Source: an uncultured Gammaproteobacteria bacterium
GTDB taxonomy: Bacteria; Patescibacteriota; Patescibacteriia; Magasanikbacterales; GWA2-37-8
DNA: 44,484 nucleotides
Assembly (NCBI GenBank): GCA_964477455.1
Contig: CAYZHG010000100.1
Location: forward strand, 1-44,484
Direction of reading: 5' to 3'
Below, in pieces: positions 26,742 through 37,068 of the stretch (position 1 is the stretch's first letter; each line of letters opens with the position of its first letter). The notes under the pieces were generated by a model. The model was not told where the DNA came from and did not search any database. It saw only the letters and a program-made list of their open reading frames with translations. The position numbers and the translations under genes were made by a program.

Positions 26742-27436
26742 AATTGTTTTTTTAATTTAAAACTATAATCTAAAGTCCTTTTGATAAATTTGAATTTTGA
26801 AAATAAATTCTTATTCCAATGCGACTCACCGTGTAATCTTTTTTCGAACATTACAGGTAAACGAATAATTTTTAATTTATTTTTTCTAGCTAAATATAAC
26901 GCGTATAGATCGAGAGAGAAATCCCAAGGTGGATTCGACCAATTGTCATAAAAACTTCTATGAAAAATATTTGGCTGCGCATTGATATCAAATAGCTTTT
27001 CTCTTAAATATAAACTTTCAAATAAAGACATTCCAAAAGTAAAAATTCTATCAAACAACGGACGTCCAAACCGCCGTCCTTTTATGTAAATATCTTTTGG
27101 GCTATTAGCCTGTTCGATAATTTCTAAAGCACTTATTACATCTTGAGGCGGGGTTTGCATATCGCCGTGAGTCCAACCTATATATTCTCCACCAGACATC
27201 TTCAAACCGCTCAAAATACCATATCCATATCCAAGATTTTTTTCTACTTTTACAACTTTTAAAAAACTATATTTTGAAATTAATTTATCTAAAACAAATT
27301 CCGTGTTATCATAAGAACCATTATTCACTAGAATAATTTCAATGTCTGACCTAACTATTACCTCTTTAAATTTTTCAAGAATAAGGAGGATATTTTTTTC
27401 CTCATTGTAACAAGGAACAATTATTGAAAATTTCAT
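26738..27436 (-). CDS. Short soluble GT2, polyprenyl-phosphate sugar synthase-like (DPM1/ArnC/GtrB-type)
   Basis: MKFSIIVPCYNEEKNI...IILVNNGSYDNT...HGDMQTPPQD; 232 aa with no TM. It lies between polytopic GT-C-like genes and has a 4-nt overlap with the next gene. Confidence 0.7.
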   Translation of the reverse strand: MKFSIIVPCYNEEKNILLILEKFKEVIVRSDIEIILVNNGSYDNTEFVLDKLISKYSFLKVVKVEKNLGYGYGILSGLKMSGGEYIGWTHGDMQTPPQDVISALEIIEQANSPKDIYIKGRRFGRPLFDRIFTFGMSLFESLYLREKLFDINAQPNIFHRSFYDNWSNPPWDFSLDLYALYLARKNKLKIIRLPVMFEKRLHGESHWNKNLFSKFKFIKRTLDYSFKLKKQL

Positions 27437-27439
27437 ATA

Positions 27440-29296
27440 TTAATTACTTGGCTTAAAATTTGTACCAACCATATCGTTAATGTTTATCATTGCTTTAAAT
27501 CGTTCATTTACCGTTAGGGTCCGATAAGGTGTGCCGCTTGGAAGAGAAAAAATTCTTGTGTCAACTTCTGCTGGTAAGTAGAAATTTCCAACAACACCAA
27601 CTAAACCATACTGCAGAAATGGGCCAACCAAAGATAAAGTGACTATAATGCAAAATGGAAACAACAGCTTCCAAGAAAACATACTTCTCATCATTAATAT
27701 ATAAGCGACGGAAAAACCCAAAAATAGCATAGCCATAAAATTACCGATACCCAAAAAACGAGCCATCTCTATTTCTTTGCCATACAATACTACAAAAGAA
27801 GAACAAACAAATCCAAAAATGAATAAAACAATACCGACCATCCAAATCATCTTTACAAAATCCTTATATTGATTTTGAAAAATCGGTTTATTTATAACAA
27901 AACCAAATAAAGTAAACCCAAGAATTGGAAAAAAAATTAACAAAAGGTTAACCACCCATCGTAAGGGATGATTTTTTTTAAACAAAGAAAGAATGGATTT
28001 ATCATCTGTTTGATTAACTACCGACATAGAAGATGAGACTACATCACTAGGCACTAAATCGCTTTCATTGATAGATTGAAAATATTTTTTCTGTATCATA
28101 CTAAATATTCTCTTTGAGTGTGCTAAGGTATCAAAATTCATTAAATACATTTTTGAACGAAACTCTATCAATGGATATTGTGCACTGTCCGATAAAGACA
28201 TTACACCAGGAATAAAAACTTTATCAGCAAATTTACTCGGCAACAACATGCTTCCAGACCACAATCCAACACAAGTACCAAAAAATAAAAAGACTAAAAT
28301 TATACTAACCATTTTTATTCTAACTAAAATCTGAGCTTTTACAAATAAAAACAGCACACCTAGAAAGAGGATCGCTAAAACTACATTGTGAGCTGCGATA
28401 ATATTCCAACTAAAACCAATAACTGCAATAATTGAATAAGCGTACGATTTGTTAATATTATTATTTTGACGTTGAGTTAACAAATAACAAATGATTATAA
28501 AAATAAGAAAGGTAACAAACCCCATCATTGTATCTACGCTCCTAATCAAAAGATTGGTACTACCAGTATCGGTAATCTCAATATAAATAGGATACAGCGC
28601 TGAATTTCCCAACATAGTAACAATAGTACCAAAAACGGAATATGATTGTTTTTTTACGAATAAGTTTATTACTCCATATACTATCAACGTTAAAAAAAAC
28701 ATACACACACTCAACCAAACGACCAAGGTTAACTGCGGAATATTCAAACCAAAGAACATTGGAATTGAAGACAAAAGTGACTGACCATAATTTTGATTTA
28801 GTATAGGAATATAGTTTTCTTTTGCTATGAAAACTGATATGTTCCCCGCACGCAAACTGTGAACTACACCGCCAAATCCATATGCGGGCAAAGTATTGTC
28901 CATGTTTGATAAAAATAAATCAGGCATAGGAACAAGGGCGTGAATGATACCAAAAACGATAAAAATTATACAAAACAAAAAAGACAATAAATATTTTGTT
29001 AAATTAACGTGTATATACGAATATATAAATTTAAAATTATACAATACCGTTACTACCAGCAATATCACCACCACTAATAATGGAACAAAAGCTGTTTTAC
29101 TTAAAAATGAAAACAAACGCCAAGCAGTTAAAAATAATATTACGCCCAAAAAAAACGAAAAACCAACTTCCGTGGAATATGATCGTAATTTTTTGTCATT
29201 CAAAAAACCTAACGACCTTAAAACCAATAGACCAGCTAGAACAAAAAGCGTCGAAAAAATAATTACTACTAATATATTTAAAAATGCTGAGACCAT
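27440..29296 (-). CDS. Polytopic integral membrane protein (~14 TM), unassigned; candidate GT-C or polymerase-like
   Basis: Continuous hydrophobic segments across 618 aa with no recognisable soluble domain. The reading frame is tightly packed within the operon. Confidence 0.55.
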   Translation of the reverse strand: MVSAFLNILVVIIFSTLFVLAGLLVLRSLGFLNDKKLRSYSTEVGFSFFLGVILFLTAWRLFSFLSKTAFVPLLVVVILLVVTVLYNFKFIYSYIHVNLTKYLLSFLFCIIFIVFGIIHALVPMPDLFLSNMDNTLPAYGFGGVVHSLRAGNISVFIAKENYIPILNQNYGQSLLSSIPMFFGLNIPQLTLVVWLSVCMFFLTLIVYGVINLFVKKQSYSVFGTIVTMLGNSALYPIYIEITDTGSTNLLIRSVDTMMGFVTFLIFIIICYLLTQRQNNNINKSYAYSIIAVIGFSWNIIAAHNVVLAILFLGVLFLFVKAQILVRIKMVSIILVFLFFGTCVGLWSGSMLLPSKFADKVFIPGVMSLSDSAQYPLIEFRSKMYLMNFDTLAHSKRIFSMIQKKYFQSINESDLVPSDVVSSSMSVVNQTDDKSILSLFKKNHPLRWVVNLLLIFFPILGFTLFGFVINKPIFQNQYKDFVKMIWMVGIVLFIFGFVCSSFVVLYGKEIEMARFLGIGNFMAMLFLGFSVAYILMMRSMFSWKLLFPFCIIVTLSLVGPFLQYGLVGVVGNFYLPAEVDTRIFSLPSGTPYRTLTVNERFKAMININDMVGTNFKPSN

Positions 29297-29305
29297 ACGT
29301 AATTA

Positions 29306-31033
29306 TTATAATTTTTTCTGAAAAATATACACGTATTTGTCTTCGCCAATCAAGCGATAGCCAATATTTCCTTTTATAATTTTATCAAGCAATTGATTCG
29401 CCTCAAGATATGGTTTTTTATCTTCAATATTTAGCGAATCTAAAATACCAATGTTAATGAACCTTTCATTCTTTTTTAAAATTATAAAATCTTTAACTAC
29501 AAAACTCATTCCGATTTTATCAACCTCTGCTGCAGATGCAGCAGGATTAGCAAGTAGATAGCTGGACATTAAAGCCGATTTAGAAATTTGCGCTTCCGAC
29601 AAAGGTCCCCACAATAAATTTAATTGACTGTATTTCAAATTTAATTTTTCATAATCAAAGCCAGTATAAACTGAGATTAATATATTTGATTGTGCAGAAA
29701 CTTTTTCTGAAATAGTATTAATAATAAAATCACTAATTTCACGCTGTTGATCTTGAGTATAATCTCCTGCTGAACCATAATCAATAAACTGAGCTTGATA
29801 ATCATGTCTTAAATCAAAGTAGTAAGGAATTTTATTAATATTAAACAACACTTGTATAAACGTTAACAAAAGTAACAGCGACAGTTGATAACTATACTTA
29901 AGTCGTTTTAATGGTAATGAGATCAAAATAACTCCAACACAGACAACCGGTAAATAGTAATGATTCCACGCCTTATTCACTCCAAATAACAAATAAACTA
30001 AATTTATAATAAAAGCAATCGCCAAGACAAAAAAAATGAATTCCTGTCTGGTTCTCAAATAATTATAAAGACAAAATAATGATGTAACTACCAACAACAA
30101 CAAAAAAATATAATTCATGTAAAACTCAGAAATGGCAAAATGTACTTTGTCTTTTAAATTTAAAATTTGCCCTCCGCCATGATTGGTTACGTTAGATTCA
30201 AGATTGCTAACAAGAGAGCCAACAAATAATCTCGCTCCTTTCGGATGAAAAAGATAAGGGTTAGTTAAGAAAAAAACTGCACAGATTATCAACAATGCAA
30301 TCAATAACTTTTTTAAACTTTTGGATATACCAGCGAGTTGCAACTCTGATATTTGTGAATAAAAAACATAGACAAGTAAAATTGGTGAAAAAGTTAAGAT
30401 TTGATATTTTGTAGTAACCGCCAAAGCGTAAAAAAATATTGACAGCCAATAATTATCTGAAAAATTATATTTATCCTTAAATAAAAAATATATTGCCATT
30501 AATAAAAAGGCAGTCATCATCCAGTCTGGATGGAACCAGGTTGCATTCACCCAAAAAGCCGGCATGAATAATAAAAATATCACAACTACCATTGCTGGCA
30601 ATCGTTTTAAGTACAGACAGACTATTTTATAAAGATATACTAAACTTAAAACTGCAAAAAAAGAAGTAATCATGCGTGGAATAAAAATTGCCACAGCACT
30701 ATGACCAGTTATAAAAAACGGTATAACCACTATTAAATTAATGAAAAAAAAGATAAAACCATACTGATAAAAACCTGTCCCAAATAATGTTTTAACATTG
30801 TAACTTTCGAAAGCACTAAACATGTGCAGTAATATCCCATGAAATACATATTCATCTAATGAATGGGTAATTACAAATCCGACATTGGCATAAATTGAAT
30901 CAAGAAAAAGTAATACAAAAAATACTGGGATAAATATAAAAAAAAGTATAACCATCCAGTCTTGCTTAAGATCAGAACAAAAATATCTGGTAATTTTTTT
31001 AAATATTTTACTAATCATAATTAAACTATCCAC
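29306..31033 (-). CDS. GT-C-like polytopic membrane glycosyltransferase, paralog A
   Basis: HSLDEYVFHG, FHPDWMMTAF, NVTNHGG and a C-terminal soluble ~170 aa. It is full-length collinear with 25092..26741. The start may instead be Met6. Confidence 0.7.
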   Translation of the reverse strand: MDSLIMISKIFKKITRYFCSDLKQDWMVILFFIFIPVFFVLLFLDSIYANVGFVITHSLDEYVFHGILLHMFSAFESYNVKTLFGTGFYQYGFIFFFINLIVVIPFFITGHSAVAIFIPRMITSFFAVLSLVYLYKIVCLYLKRLPAMVVVIFLLFMPAFWVNATWFHPDWMMTAFLLMAIYFLFKDKYNFSDNYWLSIFFYALAVTTKYQILTFSPILLVYVFYSQISELQLAGISKSLKKLLIALLIICAVFFLTNPYLFHPKGARLFVGSLVSNLESNVTNHGGGQILNLKDKVHFAISEFYMNYIFLLLLVVTSLFCLYNYLRTRQEFIFFVLAIAFIINLVYLLFGVNKAWNHYYLPVVCVGVILISLPLKRLKYSYQLSLLLLLTFIQVLFNINKIPYYFDLRHDYQAQFIDYGSAGDYTQDQQREISDFIINTISEKVSAQSNILISVYTGFDYEKLNLKYSQLNLLWGPLSEAQISKSALMSSYLLANPAASAAEVDKIGMSFVVKDFIILKKNERFINIGILDSLNIEDKKPYLEANQLLDKIIKGNIGYRLIGEDKYVYIFQKKL

Positions 31034-31041
31034 AATACTAA

Positions 31042-31755
31042 TTATTTCTTTTTGAATAAATAATTAGGGTTTTTGATTACCAATTCGTATTTATCATTCA
31101 GCATAATTTCTTTCATCAATTTACTAGATCCCAGACTCTGCCTATCCGACGAATCGTCGAACAACACAAAACCACCTTTTTCTAAATATTTATCAGTATT
31201 TTCAAAGTCCCTTTTCGAAAAATCATAACTATGATTACCGTCAATGTAGCAAAAACTTATTGGACCGCCCAACATTACTTCTTTGCCAAAAATATCATTT
31301 AATTTCTTGTTTTGTGACCATAGTTCAAAAAATTCATCCGAAAAATACTCAATCGTATGTGGTAAATTATTTTTACTAAAAAGTGAAACATTTTTTTTGA
31401 AAGCATCTTTCACGAATTCTCTGTATTCCTTATGAGTAACGAAAGACTTCCCCAATTTTGCCTCAGCAGAATCTGAACCTTCGAAGATCCATTTATCCGC
31501 AGTAAATAATACATTATTTTTATTGTTTAGAAATAAATAATAATTAATCAAATTTGTTGACAAACCACAAAAAGACCCAATTTCTACAATCGGACTATTG
31601 CTAGGCAAATTTTTTATTGCATAATCAAAACAATAAAGATTACCGCGATTTAGCATACCAGCATTTGCAAAACACAGCCATTCTACATATTCGTCAGAAA
31701 TATCTATTTTAGGATTTATAATTTTTCTTAAAAAAACCAAAATTTTATTTATCAT
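31042..31755 (-). CDS. Class I SAM-dependent methyltransferase (Methyltransf_24/CmcI-like)
   Basis: IVEIGSFCGLST and FCYIDGNHSYDFSKRDFENTDKYLEKGGFVLFDDS. Confidence 0.72.
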   Translation of the reverse strand: MINKILVFLRKIINPKIDISDEYVEWLCFANAGMLNRGNLYCFDYAIKNLPSNSPIVEIGSFCGLSTNLINYYLFLNNKNNVLFTADKWIFEGSDSAEAKLGKSFVTHKEYREFVKDAFKKNVSLFSKNNLPHTIEYFSDEFFELWSQNKKLNDIFGKEVMLGGPISFCYIDGNHSYDFSKRDFENTDKYLEKGGFVLFDDSSDRQSLGSSKLMKEIMLNDKYELVIKNPNYLFKKK

Positions 31756-31765
31756 ATTAGATTAA

Positions 31766-33637
31766 TTAGTGATATAAAGTAAAATAATCAAACTGTTTGA
31801 TCGTGCTCGAGTTAATATTTATTTTATTTTGTTTAGATATTAAATTATACTTATCTATTTGTTTTCTAAACAAATCCATTTCTGAATTTTTTATAACCAC
31901 ATATTCATTAGGTTCAATCGTTTCTAATCGATCACCGAACGATCGGACGTCCTTCCACCAATAAAATTTTTTTTCATAATTATTTTCCAAATCTTCGGCT
32001 AGTAAAAAATTCTTAAAATAATTATTACGGACAAAAGCACCCGAGTACATGGCGATTCCGCCAAAATCCCCTCCTCCACACAAGTTATTACTACCAAACG
32101 GCAATAATATCACCTCTAGCGGATAAGGTCTCTTTAAATAAGCAGTGATGTCTTGATAATTTGCACTTATAGCATCTTGCTTCTTGATATTTAAAGATGT
32201 TCTGTACCTAAATATATCATAATCCGGACGTATACTCAAAAGTAATGATAAAATAACAGTGGCCAAAATTATTTTTTTTATTTTATCATCTTTTAACTGT
32301 GATATAAAAAATACTGTTAATATAACGGACAGAAACATGTTAATAATTGCAAATTTATGAATATTATCCCAAGTGTCAACATTTGTAATCCTAAAAATAA
32401 GTGGAAAAACAAAAGTGACCAACAAAACCATAGAAAGAAGTTGGTGTAAAAATTTTTTAGAATTAACAACATATACCAGGGCTATCAGTATACCTAAAAA
32501 TGATATGGTACCGGACAAACGTAAATAATACGCCACCACCCCCAACGACAAGCCGATTTGAGATATTGAGTTAAACCGGAAAGATAAATGTGTCGAATCA
32601 TATTGTGGCCCTCTTAAGAACGCTGACGGTATATGATGTGGCAACAGATACACGAAGCCTAATAATAAAAAACAGACAAATAATCTCACTATCTCTTCTT
32701 TATTAAAGACTATTTTAAATTTATCATCTCTAAAACGTATTAATAATTTTCTAAATAACAAAATAACTAGAGCCAAAAATAACACACTGTACAGCGTGGC
32801 GTTGGCTGTACTAGAGGATAACACAAAGAGTGTTAGTCCTAGTAATTGTTTGAAATTAAATGTGTCGCTGTCTTGCAGATACCACATAAGCACAGCCAAC
32901 AACAACAGAGCTACTGGCCATGAATTTGAAACCACGTACTCAAAGGCACTCAAATAATTATACAGACCAAATTCAGTAAACCAAGGAACACTACATGAGC
33001 TAATTAGGACAAAAAGTGGCAAAATTAAATATGAATAGCGATTTTTTATCTTCAAGAAAAAAAATTGTAAAAGAAGCACAATTAAAAAGAAAATAATGGT
33101 TGACGAAATAACTATAGAATAAGCTGGTGAAATTTTTAACCAATAAGAAAATACACCGGATAAATAAATAAAACCCTGATGATAATTGGCTGGAAATTCT
33201 GGAAAGCTGATAAACGAGACTGGAAATCGTCCATTTGAAACTTGGGTAACCAACGCGGTCAAATACGTCGGACAACTCCCATCCCAATATGCCCAATTTA
33301 CTCTAATAGCAAATAGAAAAGTTGATGCTAAAACTAAAAATATCGATAAAATTAAAATATTTTTACTAACATAGATAATAAAACTATTTTTTTTCAATAT
33401 ATAATAGCTAGACACAACCGACAATACTAAAGAGGTAAAAAATAAAAATCTAAACGGTAAATGAAAAATAGATAATAACGAGGCAAAAAACTGTAAAAAA
33501 ATTATAATCGTTGATACAAAAATAAAGAAAAAAAAGTTTATTTTCTGTTTAGGCCTATTATTAATATCGATAATTTCTTCAGAAAATACCTTTGGGGAAA
33601 AAATTACTTTTATATATTGTGTGACTGTCTTAAACAT
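31766..33637 (-). CDS. Polytopic integral membrane protein (~14 TM) with ~130-aa C-terminal soluble domain; candidate GT-C
   Basis: Hydrophobic periodicity over about 480 aa, then a polar C-terminus. I recognise no family signature. Confidence 0.55.
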   Translation of the reverse strand: MFKTVTQYIKVIFSPKVFSEEIIDINNRPKQKINFFFFIFVSTIIIFLQFFASLLSIFHLPFRFLFFTSLVLSVVSSYYILKKNSFIIYVSKNILILSIFLVLASTFLFAIRVNWAYWDGSCPTYLTALVTQVSNGRFPVSFISFPEFPANYHQGFIYLSGVFSYWLKISPAYSIVISSTIIFFLIVLLLQFFFLKIKNRYSYLILPLFVLISSCSVPWFTEFGLYNYLSAFEYVVSNSWPVALLLLAVLMWYLQDSDTFNFKQLLGLTLFVLSSSTANATLYSVLFLALVILLFRKLLIRFRDDKFKIVFNKEEIVRLFVCFLLLGFVYLLPHHIPSAFLRGPQYDSTHLSFRFNSISQIGLSLGVVAYYLRLSGTISFLGILIALVYVVNSKKFLHQLLSMVLLVTFVFPLIFRITNVDTWDNIHKFAIINMFLSVILTVFFISQLKDDKIKKIILATVILSLLLSIRPDYDIFRYRTSLNIKKQDAISANYQDITAYLKRPYPLEVILLPFGSNNLCGGGDFGGIAMYSGAFVRNNYFKNFLLAEDLENNYEKKFYWWKDVRSFGDRLETIEPNEYVVIKNSEMDLFRKQIDKYNLISKQNKININSSTIKQFDYFTLYH

Positions 33638-33656
33638 AGCAAGTCTATTCCAATAA

Positions 33657-34271
33657 TTATAGCCATTTAGAAACTAAATCTAACGAAGTCATGACAGAAT
33701 CAGGATAAAAATTTAAATTTTTCATTAATTTTCTGTATTCTGAAATATCCTCTGGTCTACCCCATCGAGATGGACACACTAAACACGTTCTAAAAGGCTT
33801 CAATTTGCCCACCACAACAGCGTCTAACGGTAAAACAGTGTTAGTATCAACCCAAACCCAATCAATGGCTGGTTTACCATCAACAACTTGAGCTTCTGCC
33901 ACTTCGATTGGCTCAGCTTCACTATATCTTACAGCAATTTTCCTAAAACCATCTTTTCGAGTTGCTTTATACAAATAAGGAAATTCGACATCTAACAAAA
34001 AATAATTAGAAATATTATATTTTTTAGCTAGACCTATCACCTGCTGTTCGCATCCAGCTTCTTTAATATTGAATATTACAAACGAATGATTAAAACTTTT
34101 TAAATACTCTTCTAGTTCATCGTATTTTTTATTTTCATCTATAGGATCATGACTCAAAAATATTTTACTACCATACCCGCGTATATCAATTTCAACCCCA
34201 TATTCAAACGGAATATTAGCTAAATCTTTTATAGTATTAATACGGTGAATAATAATTTGCATAATTATCAA
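33657..34271 (-). CDS. PI-PLC/GDPD-like phosphodiesterase-fold protein (short)
   Basis: IIHRINT...YGVEIDIRGYGSKIFLSHDP resembles the GDPD HR(G)...E.D...HD catalytic pattern. About 200 aa. The start may instead be Met4 (34262). Confidence 0.45.
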   Translation of the reverse strand: MIIMQIIIHRINTIKDLANIPFEYGVEIDIRGYGSKIFLSHDPIDENKKYDELEEYLKSFNHSFVIFNIKEAGCEQQVIGLAKKYNISNYFLLDVEFPYLYKATRKDGFRKIAVRYSEAEPIEVAEAQVVDGKPAIDWVWVDTNTVLPLDAVVVGKLKPFRTCLVCPSRWGRPEDISEYRKLMKNLNFYPDSVMTSLDLVSKWL

Positions 34272-35105
34272 CTATTTTAAATTTTTAAAATATTTTTTCC
34301 ACAGCAACTGATCCGACACACCATCTTTACATTCACCCAAACCATAGCGATAATAATATTCTTTATCTTCATATACATAAAGATCGCTCGGCTTTCCCCA
34401 ACCAACATACAAATCAATATCAAATATGACACTACGCTTACCCAATTTATTATAAAATATCGGCAATGAATCAACATAAAATTCATTGTTAATTCTAAAA
34501 TTTTCTAACTCCATTAATTTATATGCGGCTATAAAATCCGAAGCTTTCTTGAAATAAAAAGTAGCCACAACTGCATGGTCGTTAAACGGATTGTCAGAAA
34601 CAGGGATCTTTACCGACATATCAGAAATCGTACTGTTATCTTCGGCTAATTTAATCCATCCCCAAGATGTTGGTTTTTGAATTATTAAATCATTTTTAGT
34701 AAAAGTCCAAACTACCGCATCAATACTCACATCATTCTTAAGTTGATTAAACAAATTGTTATTATAGACAAAACTATTATCACATGCGGCTATAAAAACC
34801 TCTTCTCCTGGATCAATAAAAGGCATGGCCAACATACAGGTAGTGGCTTGACCATCGGTCGTTTTGTCGACCGGAATAATTATTGCATTTGGTGAAACAG
34901 ATTTAATCAATAAGTCCAACTGATATTTTTTAACATGTTCCGCACGTACAATAAAAATTGATTTTTCAGCTGACGGCAAAGATTCAATCACACGAACAAT
35001 CATCGGTTTACCAGATACTGGTACTAGAGCCTTTGGTAATACGTACCCAGCTTCCGCAAAACGCGAACCTTCACCGGCCATTGGTATAATATTAATCACA
35101 ATCAA
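34272..35105 (-). CDS. Sugar-/small-molecule-phosphate nucleotidyltransferase (LicC/NTP_transferase-like), copy 2
   Basis: IIPMAGEGSRFAEAGYVLPKALVPVSGKPMI (a variant of GxGxR + PK). The C-terminal GWGKPSDL resembles the usual 'idtpeD' end. There is zero intergenic distance to both neighbours. Confidence 0.72.
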   Translation of the reverse strand: MIVINIIPMAGEGSRFAEAGYVLPKALVPVSGKPMIVRVIESLPSAEKSIFIVRAEHVKKYQLDLLIKSVSPNAIIIPVDKTTDGQATTCMLAMPFIDPGEEVFIAACDNSFVYNNNLFNQLKNDVSIDAVVWTFTKNDLIIQKPTSWGWIKLAEDNSTISDMSVKIPVSDNPFNDHAVVATFYFKKASDFIAAYKLMELENFRINNEFYVDSLPIFYNKLGKRSVIFDIDLYVGWGKPSDLYVYEDKEYYYRYGLGECKDGVSDQLLWKKYFKNLK

Positions 35106-36002
35106 TTATTTTAAATTTTTAAAAAACCCACTCCAATACTTAAAAGATTTTCCTAAATTATCTTTTGAGTGACTTTTAATATAGTCATTACTACTTGTAA
35201 TGAGCTCAGTGTAAATTTGGTGAAATTCTACATCAGAACCATGGCGAATGAACAAATTTGACCAAACATTATATTCTTCTAAATCCTCCGGTGTCCCCCA
35301 TTGACAAAAATGGTTGATTTTATCGTAAATACCAACTTTTAAACCATCTTTTACTAATAAATTATAAACCAAACTAGCGTAATATTCTCCGTTAAGATCT
35401 ATCTTTTTATCAATTAGTTCTTGAAAAAACTTTTTGACATATTTACCGTACTTAAAATAGTGGGTGCCTGGTGAATGCATTGACTGGGTTTTGTCTAATG
35501 AATAAGAAAATTTTTCTCGAATTTCTTCTAAATTGCCGTTTAAATCTACTTTTACGCTAGCGTAAAAATTCTTCTCATGTGTCAAGTGCGGGTGAAAGCC
35601 AGTATACACTGGCAAACATGCATCGTAATTTATCTCTAAAACTGTCTTCTTAAAATCAGCATAATTCCAGTTCATGAAAAAATCACAATAATTTACGATT
35701 GCCGGTTCATCATCGTCGATAAGATGAAAAGCTTTGGCGGTGGCAAAAACCGGACCAAGCTTTTCTCCGGGCATAGAAATAATTCTCGCCTTTGGTTTTA
35801 GAGATAATAATATTTCTCTCATGTTAGTTTCTTGCAAGTGCTCTTCACGACAAATAAAAATAAAATTTTCCTCTCCCGGAAAAAGATTTACAACATGTTC
35901 TATAATAGGTTTACCATCAACTTTTATCAGTGGTTTTAGTTCGGCATACCCAACCCGTTTAAATCGTGCACCTTCACCAGACATTGGAATGATAATTTGC
36001 AT
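35106..36002 (-). CDS. Sugar-/small-molecule-phosphate nucleotidyltransferase (LicC/NTP_transferase-like), copy 1
   Basis: IIPMSGEGARFKRVGYAELKPLIKVDGKPII and QWGTPEDL. It shares the C-terminal tail FKNLK* with copy 2. Confidence 0.72.
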   Translation of the reverse strand: MQIIIPMSGEGARFKRVGYAELKPLIKVDGKPIIEHVVNLFPGEENFIFICREEHLQETNMREILLSLKPKARIISMPGEKLGPVFATAKAFHLIDDDEPAIVNYCDFFMNWNYADFKKTVLEINYDACLPVYTGFHPHLTHEKNFYASVKVDLNGNLEEIREKFSYSLDKTQSMHSPGTHYFKYGKYVKKFFQELIDKKIDLNGEYYASLVYNLLVKDGLKVGIYDKINHFCQWGTPEDLEEYNVWSNLFIRHGSDVEFHQIYTELITSSNDYIKSHSKDNLGKSFKYWSGFFKNLK

Positions 36003-36003
36003 A

Positions 36004-37068
36004 TTATTTATTCAATAATTTTTGTCTAAATTTCTCACTCTCCATTTTGTTGATAAAATTTATATCAACAGAAGAAATCTTTTTTAATTGTAAATTTAAC
36101 CTCTTAATATTTTCTTTAATATAGCAGTAGGCAACTATCGTTTCCTCAATTGTCAATGATTCTTTTTCGCTAGTATTGTAAACTAATTTTTTTATTTTTT
36201 TATCTATAAAAAATTTTTTTCCAAATTGGATAAAATTATCTTTAATTAAAACATCGCTATTAAGATAAACAACCTGGTCCGGAAATATAACTGGCTGAAA
36301 TAAATTTTTATTCAACAAGATACTGTTAAGATATTTTTTTAAAAATATAGTATTACTCTCAAAGCAATCTCCTTGTTTTTGGATTGATACCTTTGGGTAA
36401 CTGGATTTAATTTTAAAATATTTTTTGATCAACTTGTCAACTTGTAAATATAAATCTAAACAACGATCAAAATTATCTGAATTTATTATAATTCCATGAT
36501 TTTGCAAAAAAATTATTTCTGGCCAACTATTACCTCTTGTAACATGCACGTCGATACTTTTTTGAATCTCTCTTGCCAGACTTAATCCTGGCGCTCTGTA
36601 ATTAACGATGATATATTCGACCTTAGTTTTATTAAAGATTTTATGTAATAATTTTTCTGAATCTACAGAACAATTTATTAAATTAGCGTAAACTGAATGA
36701 CTATGAACTGTGTATTTTTTTAAAAAAGCATGAAAACCAGTTTCGATAGATGCTTTTAAGCTTTGCTCTGGTAAAAAATTACTAGTAAAATCTAAAATTG
36801 CCTGATTACTCAAATTTTCAATCTGAACATTAATTTTTATTCCAGTAAAGGTTTTGAAATACTCTTTTACCTTTAGATAATTTACCAAAACAATACCATG
36901 TGTTTTGTCTACTTCTTTCAAGGATAGCCCGGATGCCTTGATTAACATGTTTTGTTCATCAAGTTTAATGGAAAAATTTCCACCACCACCCTGCACCCAA
37001 TCAGAGCCAGAACCAATAAGGCGAGCAATTTTTACCGATTGTTCTAGATAAACATTATTGATTTTCAT
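36004..37068 (-). CDS. Class II aldolase/adducin-fold protein (RhaEW N-terminal-domain-like) with C-terminal extension
   Basis: GGGGNFSIKL...MLIKASGLSL, ASIETGFHAFLKKYTVHSHSVYAN (cf. GGGNTS, VKGSG.DL and PSIET.LHAFL...HTH of this family). Confidence 0.65.
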   Translation of the reverse strand: MKINNVYLEQSVKIARLIGSGSDWVQGGGGNFSIKLDEQNMLIKASGLSLKEVDKTHGIVLVNYLKVKEYFKTFTGIKINVQIENLSNQAILDFTSNFLPEQSLKASIETGFHAFLKKYTVHSHSVYANLINCSVDSEKLLHKIFNKTKVEYIIVNYRAPGLSLAREIQKSIDVHVTRGNSWPEIIFLQNHGIIINSDNFDRCLDLYLQVDKLIKKYFKIKSSYPKVSIQKQGDCFESNTIFLKKYLNSILLNKNLFQPVIFPDQVVYLNSDVLIKDNFIQFGKKFFIDKKIKKLVYNTSEKESLTIEETIVAYCYIKENIKRLNLQLKKISSVDINFINKMESEKFRQKLLNK

